Source: Candidatus Obscuribacteraceae bacterium
Lineage (GTDB): Bacteria; Cyanobacteriota; Vampirovibrionia; Obscuribacterales; Obscuribacteraceae
Assembly (NCBI GenBank): GCA_044229845.1
Contig: JBGASG010000001.1
Location: 448,001-512,000, forward strand
Length of the DNA: 64,000 nucleotides
Direction: 5' to 3'
Shown: piece by piece, positions 59,365 to 64,000 of the stretch
How positions within the stretch are numbered: position 1 is the stretch's first letter
Layout: each line of letters opens with the position of its first letter
Notes under the pieces: model-generated
Seen by the model: only the letters and a program-made list of their open reading frames with translations
Told to the model about the DNA's origin: nothing
Database searches by the model: none
Program-made: the position numbers and the translations under genes

Positions 59365-61383
59365 ATGCCGCGTGACCTGCCACTGGGAAACGGCACCGTG
59401 CTGGTCAATTTCGACCGGGACTACAACCTGCGCGACATACACTTTCCGGAAGTCGGGATGGACAACCACAGCGTCGGACATCCGTCGCGGTTCGGTGTCT
59501 TTTGCGAGGGGCAGTTTGCCTGGCTCTCCGCCGAATACATCCGGCAACGGCTCTACCTCACCGACGCTCTCCAGACCGATGTGGTCGCCACCATCCCGCA
59601 TCTGCAGCTCGAGCTGCGCTTCAACGATGCCGTCGACTTCTACCTCTGGACCTTCGTACGCAAGGTCAGCGTCAAAGACTTGAGCGGCCGCGATCGCGAA
59701 GTGCGGCTCTTCTTTCACCATGACTTTCACATCGTCGAACATGACATCGGCGACACTGCTTACTTCGATCCTGAGACCAGCAGCCTGATTCATTACAAAG
59801 ATGCGCGCTACTTCCTGATGAATGCCTGTGTTCAGGGGCATATAGGCTGGTCGCAATACGCCACCGGCACCAAGGAAACTGCCGGCATGCAGGGCACCTG
59901 GCGCGATGCCGAAGACGGAGTTTTGGGCGGTAATCCCATCGCGCAGGGCTCAGTAGATTCGACCGGCGCGGTTCATTTGAATGTCCCCGCCCGTGGTGAA
60001 CAGGTAGCACACTATTGGATGACCTTTGGCATCAAGTACGAAAAGGTCGTGAAGCTCAACGAGATCGTGCTGCAAAAAACGCCTGAAAAACTGCTGCACC
60101 GCACCGAAAGGTACTGGCACCTCTGGGTCAATAAAGACCCGCATCGCTTTGCCGATCTATCCGACGGCTCTGCTGAACTATTCAAACGCAGCCTTTTGAT
60201 CATGCGTACTAACTGCGATGACGGCGGGGCCATTATCGCTGCCAACGATTACGACATTGCTCAGTTCGGGCGCGATACCTACTCTTACATGTGGCCGCGC
60301 GATGGCGCGCTGGTTGCCGATGCCTTTGCGTCAGCCGGGTTTTTGTCGGTTTCACGGTCGTTTTTCCAGTTTTGCCTGAAGGTGATCACTGAAGAAGGCT
60401 ACTTGCTCCACAAGTACAATGCCGACGGCACGGTCGGTTCGAGCTGGCATCCATGGCTCAGACAGGGAGTGCCAACGCTGCCCATTCAGGAGGACGAAAC
60501 GGCGCTTGTGCTCTGGGCTTTGTGGCGACACTTCAATGCCTTTCGCGACGTTGAGGCGGTGCGCCCGCTCTACCGACGCCTGATCAGCAACGCGGCTGAC
60601 TTCCTGGTCTCATTCCGCGACGAAGAAACGGGACTGCCTCTGCCTTCATACGACCTCTGGGAAGAACGCTTTGGCATTCACCTGTTCACGGTCGCTGCCG
60701 TGATCGGTGGGCTGGAAGCGGCGGCGCGGTTTGCCACCGCATTCGGCGAAGATGAGCAAGCGGAGCGGTATACCCTTTGTGCCGAGGAGACACGGCAGGC
60801 GATGATCAAGCATATGTGGTCTCCACCGCATCAGCGCTTCGCCCGCATGGCGACCCGCACCAAATCCGGTTACACCCTGGATGTGACGATCGATGCGGCT
60901 AACTATGGCGTATTCGCCTTCGGCGCTCTGCCCGCCGATGACCCGAAAGTGGTCGCCACGATGAGCGCTATCGAAGAGCGTCTTTCTATAAAAACACAGG
61001 TTGGTGGGGTTGCCCGCTATGAAAACGATTATTACCAGCAGGTTTCTCAAGATATTGAAAATGTGGCGGGCAACCCTTGGTTCATCTGCACGCTCTGGGT
61101 CGCTCAACATAAGATCGCTGTCGCCAAAAGTCCTGATGACTTAACACGCGCCAGGGAGATTCTCGAATGGGTGGTAGGGCACGCTTTGCCCTCCGGGGTG
61201 CTGGCTGAGCAGGTTCACCCCTATACGGGTGAGCCGCTCTCTGTTTCGCCCCTCACGTGGAGTCACGCCACTTTTGTAACCTGCGTGTTAGAGTATGTCC
61301 AAGCTCGTGAGCGTCTGTCCGGCAAGCACCCAACTAAACAATCCCCAGCTTCAGTTTCAATCGGCGTCCCAAACAATGCTTAG
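59365..61383 (+). CDS. Glycoside hydrolase family 15 (glucoamylase-like)
   Basis: YSYMWPRDG, QEDET, DLWEER and LAEQ....PLTWSHA motifs. Confidence 0.92.
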   Translation: MPRDLPLGNGTVLVNFDRDYNLRDIHFPEVGMDNHSVGHPSRFGVFCEGQFAWLSAEYIRQRLYLTDALQTDVVATIPHLQLELRFNDAVDFYLWTFVRKVSVKDLSGRDREVRLFFHHDFHIVEHDIGDTAYFDPETSSLIHYKDARYFLMNACVQGHIGWSQYATGTKETAGMQGTWRDAEDGVLGGNPIAQGSVDSTGAVHLNVPARGEQVAHYWMTFGIKYEKVVKLNEIVLQKTPEKLLHRTERYWHLWVNKDPHRFADLSDGSAELFKRSLLIMRTNCDDGGAIIAANDYDIAQFGRDTYSYMWPRDGALVADAFASAGFLSVSRSFFQFCLKVITEEGYLLHKYNADGTVGSSWHPWLRQGVPTLPIQEDETALVLWALWRHFNAFRDVEAVRPLYRRLISNAADFLVSFRDEETGLPLPSYDLWEERFGIHLFTVAAVIGGLEAAARFATAFGEDEQAERYTLCAEETRQAMIKHMWSPPHQRFARMATRTKSGYTLDVTIDAANYGVFAFGALPADDPKVVATMSAIEERLSIKTQVGGVARYENDYYQQVSQDIENVAGNPWFICTLWVAQHKIAVAKSPDDLTRAREILEWVVGHALPSGVLAEQVHPYTGEPLSVSPLTWSHATFVTCVLEYVQARERLSGKHPTKQSPASVSIGVPNNA

Positions 61384-63034
61384 TAGTAGCCCTTCTACTG
61401 CCAATAAGCGCAGCAAGTCGTTCTCCCAGATCTACGGCGGGCCGCTTGTAGCCTGCATTGACATGGGAACCAACTCCTTCCATATGATCGTTTGCCAAGC
61501 CACCGAGTCGCGCGATCACTTTGAAGTGGTGACGCGGGTCAAGGAAGCGGTGCCATTCTTCCGCCGGGCTTTGACTGCGCACTATATCGATGAAGTGGCG
61601 CTGTCATCAGCTATTCGCATCGTTCGCGACATGAAGACCAAAGCATTTCAAAAAGGGGCGAAGGACGTTCTGGCAGTGGCTACCTCGGCGGTCCGCGAGG
61701 CAAACAACGGAGAAGAGGTGCTGCAACGCATCCGCGAAGAGCTGGAAATCGACGCTCGCATGATTTCCGGACGCGAAGAAGCGCGTCTGATTTACCTGGG
61801 CGTTCTCTGGAGCATGCCCTCAATCAGGGGAGACTTCGCCATCATCGATATTGGTGGTGGCAGCACGGAAATTGTGGTCGGTGACCGCAACGAAGTGCGC
61901 TTCTCCGAATCGTACAAGTTGGGAGCAGCGCGGCTCACCCAGCGGTTCTTCAAGAAAGAGAAACCGACACAGCAAGAATTGCGAGAATTGCACGACGAAG
62001 TTCGGGGTGTTCTGAGACCGGCTGCCGCCAGGATCACACAAAGCGGTGGCTTCGGGCAAATGATTGGTACGTCCGGCACAGTGCAGACGCTGGCCAAGCT
62101 CGATCGCATCCGCAGCAAGAAAACTCAAGTCGATGCGCATGGATACAGGCTCAGTCTCGGTAATCTCGAAGAGATAGTCCACCTTTTGGAGGAGACGGCT
62201 CTGGAAGGCGGCAAGATCAAAGACCTGTCGGCAGACCGCAACCGCACCATTCTTGCTGGTGCCATCGTACTTCTGGAAGGGATGCGCTCTTTTGGAGCTG
62301 CCAACACAGTCGTCTGCACGGCAGCACTGCGCGAAGGGGTTGTGGTCGATCGCTTTCTGCAAACCGGCTGGTTGAAGGGCGGACTGGAAGCGCACCGCGA
62401 CCCGCGTTCATCGAGCGTGCACGAACTGCTCAATAAGTATCAGGCCAGCGTCCCCCACGCCGAGCAAGTGGCCAGGCTGGCTTGCGACATCTTCCGCAAG
62501 ACGCACGGCATACTGCATCACTATCCCGAGCAAGCGGAGCACCTGCTGTGGTCAGCCGCTATGCTGCATGATGTCGGCATGTTCATCGGTCGAAACGGGC
62601 ACCACAAGCACTCCTATTACCTGATTAAGAACGGCGGTCTGCTCGGTCATTCCGAGGAAGAAGTGGCTGTGATTGCCAGTATCGCCCGCTATCACCGGGG
62701 CAGCGAGCCCAAAGAAGCTCATGAAGCGGTGACTACAATCGTGCCGACGCAACGGCGCATGGTCAGCGAACTGGCAGCAATACTGCGCCTGGCGGAAGCG
62801 CTCGATCGCAGTCACCGTCAGGTGGTGCATCGCGTGGAGTTCGATTTCGAAACGTCACTTAAAGGCAAAGATGGACGCGAGCAAGTGTCGTTGCTGGTCT
62901 ACTTGCGACCGGGCGAAAACTGGGAGCCCGAAACCTGGGCGCTCAAAGAGAAGAAAGCCTTCTTCGAGAAAATCTTCCAGCTGCGGTTAGCGGTGGAAGT
63001 GCGCGTGGATTCGCGCTACACGCACTTACCCTAA
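61376..63034 (+). CDS. ppx: Exopolyphosphatase / pppGpp phosphohydrolase (Ppx/GppA) with HD domain
   Basis: DMGTNS, ATSAVREA.N, DIGGGSTE, LHDVG and HHKHSYY motifs. Likely start ATG 61376. Confidence 0.93.
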   Translation: MLSSSPSTANKRSKSFSQIYGGPLVACIDMGTNSFHMIVCQATESRDHFEVVTRVKEAVPFFRRALTAHYIDEVALSSAIRIVRDMKTKAFQKGAKDVLAVATSAVREANNGEEVLQRIREELEIDARMISGREEARLIYLGVLWSMPSIRGDFAIIDIGGGSTEIVVGDRNEVRFSESYKLGAARLTQRFFKKEKPTQQELRELHDEVRGVLRPAAARITQSGGFGQMIGTSGTVQTLAKLDRIRSKKTQVDAHGYRLSLGNLEEIVHLLEETALEGGKIKDLSADRNRTILAGAIVLLEGMRSFGAANTVVCTAALREGVVVDRFLQTGWLKGGLEAHRDPRSSSVHELLNKYQASVPHAEQVARLACDIFRKTHGILHHYPEQAEHLLWSAAMLHDVGMFIGRNGHHKHSYYLIKNGGLLGHSEEEVAVIASIARYHRGSEPKEAHEAVTTIVPTQRRMVSELAAILRLAEALDRSHRQVVHRVEFDFETSLKGKDGREQVSLLVYLRPGENWEPETWALKEKKAFFEKIFQLRLAVEVRVDSRYTHLP

Positions 63035-63054
63035 GTCCGCGCCAATTGCTTTGT

Positions 63055-63717
63055 TTACTTGGTGGCGAGTTGTTTAGACTGAATAGTCTCGGCCATTTTT
63101 TTGACGTTGGTTAGACGCTTGCCGAGTTTCTTACCCTGGAAGCTCTCCATCATGCCGCGTGGAATCGGCAGCCCCATGTCGATGTAGGACGTGAGCTCGA
63201 GAATGGTGCCTTTGCCATCTTCGGTCGGGGTCAGAACCCAGCTTCCTTCAAATGCTTTGAAGCGGTCGGATTTGACCATGGTGTAGTCGATGCGCTCGTT
63301 CACTACCTCGTCTTGCTTCATGAGGCAGGTAGCGCTGCCGATTACAGGGATAAGATTGAACTTCTGCTCCAACATTTTGACGTTGGCTTTTTCTTCCAGA
63401 AGCTTGCTGTACTCCAGGTCGGGATCGTGCTTGCGCTCCTCGTGGACTGATTCCCAGACGACGTGAGGCGAAGCGTTGATCAAAACGCGACCTTTGACGA
63501 ACTTCTTGTTCTCGGTCTTTTTCTCGGTGCTAACAACCGCTTCGCCTTTCTTGAAGGCAGCGTCCGAACAGGTGTCTTTGGCTGCAACGGCTGAGACTGT
63601 GGTTAGCGCGAGGGTGAGACAGAGAGCGGTTCTTGATAGGAAACGGATGCCAGGCGAAAACAAATTGACCTCCCCTCTAGGCGCCCAAATCGCTGATTTG
63701 GTGAGCCTTAAAACCAT
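63055..63717 (-). CDS. SRPBCC/START (polyketide cyclase-like) domain protein with signal peptide
   Basis: INAS...VW and F..FEGSW.L.P motifs. Start uncertain. Confidence 0.75.
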   Translation of the reverse strand: MVLRLTKSAIWAPRGEVNLFSPGIRFLSRTALCLTLALTTVSAVAAKDTCSDAAFKKGEAVVSTEKKTENKKFVKGRVLINASPHVVWESVHEERKHDPDLEYSKLLEEKANVKMLEQKFNLIPVIGSATCLMKQDEVVNERIDYTMVKSDRFKAFEGSWVLTPTEDGKGTILELTSYIDMGLPIPRGMMESFQGKKLGKRLTNVKKMAETIQSKQLATK

Positions 63718-63859
63718 TATGCCACCAGATACGGTTACATGTAAATAGCGGCTGACAACCTGCGGACAGGTTGATATTACCTTGACCTCTATCAATAGGT
63801 TATGACGAGATCTTTATTGTCGAGTTCCAGTGTTTTGAAAGGTTCTTTCTTGAGAACTT

Positions 63860-64000
63860 CTAGAATCCAAACGGGATGGCCGCCGGCACGATCCGTCGCC
63901 ACTTGAGTTCCTCGGCGTACTGCTTGTAGTCGGGTCCCAGTGTCTTTAAAAGAAGTTCCTCTTCGTACTTGGCTCGACGCAACCAGAGCGGTGCGATCAC
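63860..64000 (-). CDS. C-terminal part of an ICMT/PEMT-like membrane methyltransferase (5' end outside the window)
   Basis: Manual translation VIAPLWLRRAKYEEELLLKTLGPDYKQYAEELKWRRIVPAAIPFGF* fits the R..EE..L...G..Y..Y....R..P motif. Confidence 0.75.
   Translation of the reverse strand: MIAPLWLRRAKYEEELLLKTLGPDYKQYAEELKWRRIVPAAIPFGF

Noticed and set aside
61295..61375. Upstream start for ppx
   Set aside because: It would overlap GH15 by 89 nt. ATG 61376 gives a normal short overlap.
1..64000. tRNA, rRNA, integrase, transposase or prophage
   Set aside because: None recognised by eye. tRNAscan-SE and HMM searches were not run, so short elements could be missed.

Overview
Gene-dense bacterial chromosomal segment. 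The cyanobacterial/plant-type IspH, a cyanobacterial-type Hfq-like protein and the absence of photosynthesis genes suggest a non-photosynthetic cyanobacterial relative (Vampirovibrionia/Melainabacteria, probably Obscuribacterales); this assignment is inference. The first 6 kb hold a giant minus-strand ORF (>2000 aa, ATG at 6038, running off the window edge) that the supplied ORF track misses. It sits behind a perfect TTGACA-17-TATAAT promoter and combines annexin-like helical repeats, an internal duplication, a hydrophobic Gly/Ala segment, two FHA domains, a YD-like repeat and a papain-like Q...C motif, an effector/toxin-like architecture. Housekeeping and metabolic genes include fixA-fixB-fixC/X (ETF), fabI, tdh-kbl, ispH, hemE-hemY, ppx, a GH15 enzyme and an HtrA protease. 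A dispersed pterin cluster (PCD, FolM-like reductase + P450, FolX-like gene coupled between two GT9 glycosyltransferases) may make a glycosylated pterin. Non-coding signals include a long rod-like RNA candidate after fabI (6S-like or MITE) and an identical 19-bp NrdR-box-like palindrome at two sites. No rRNA, tRNA, CRISPR array or transposase was recognised.
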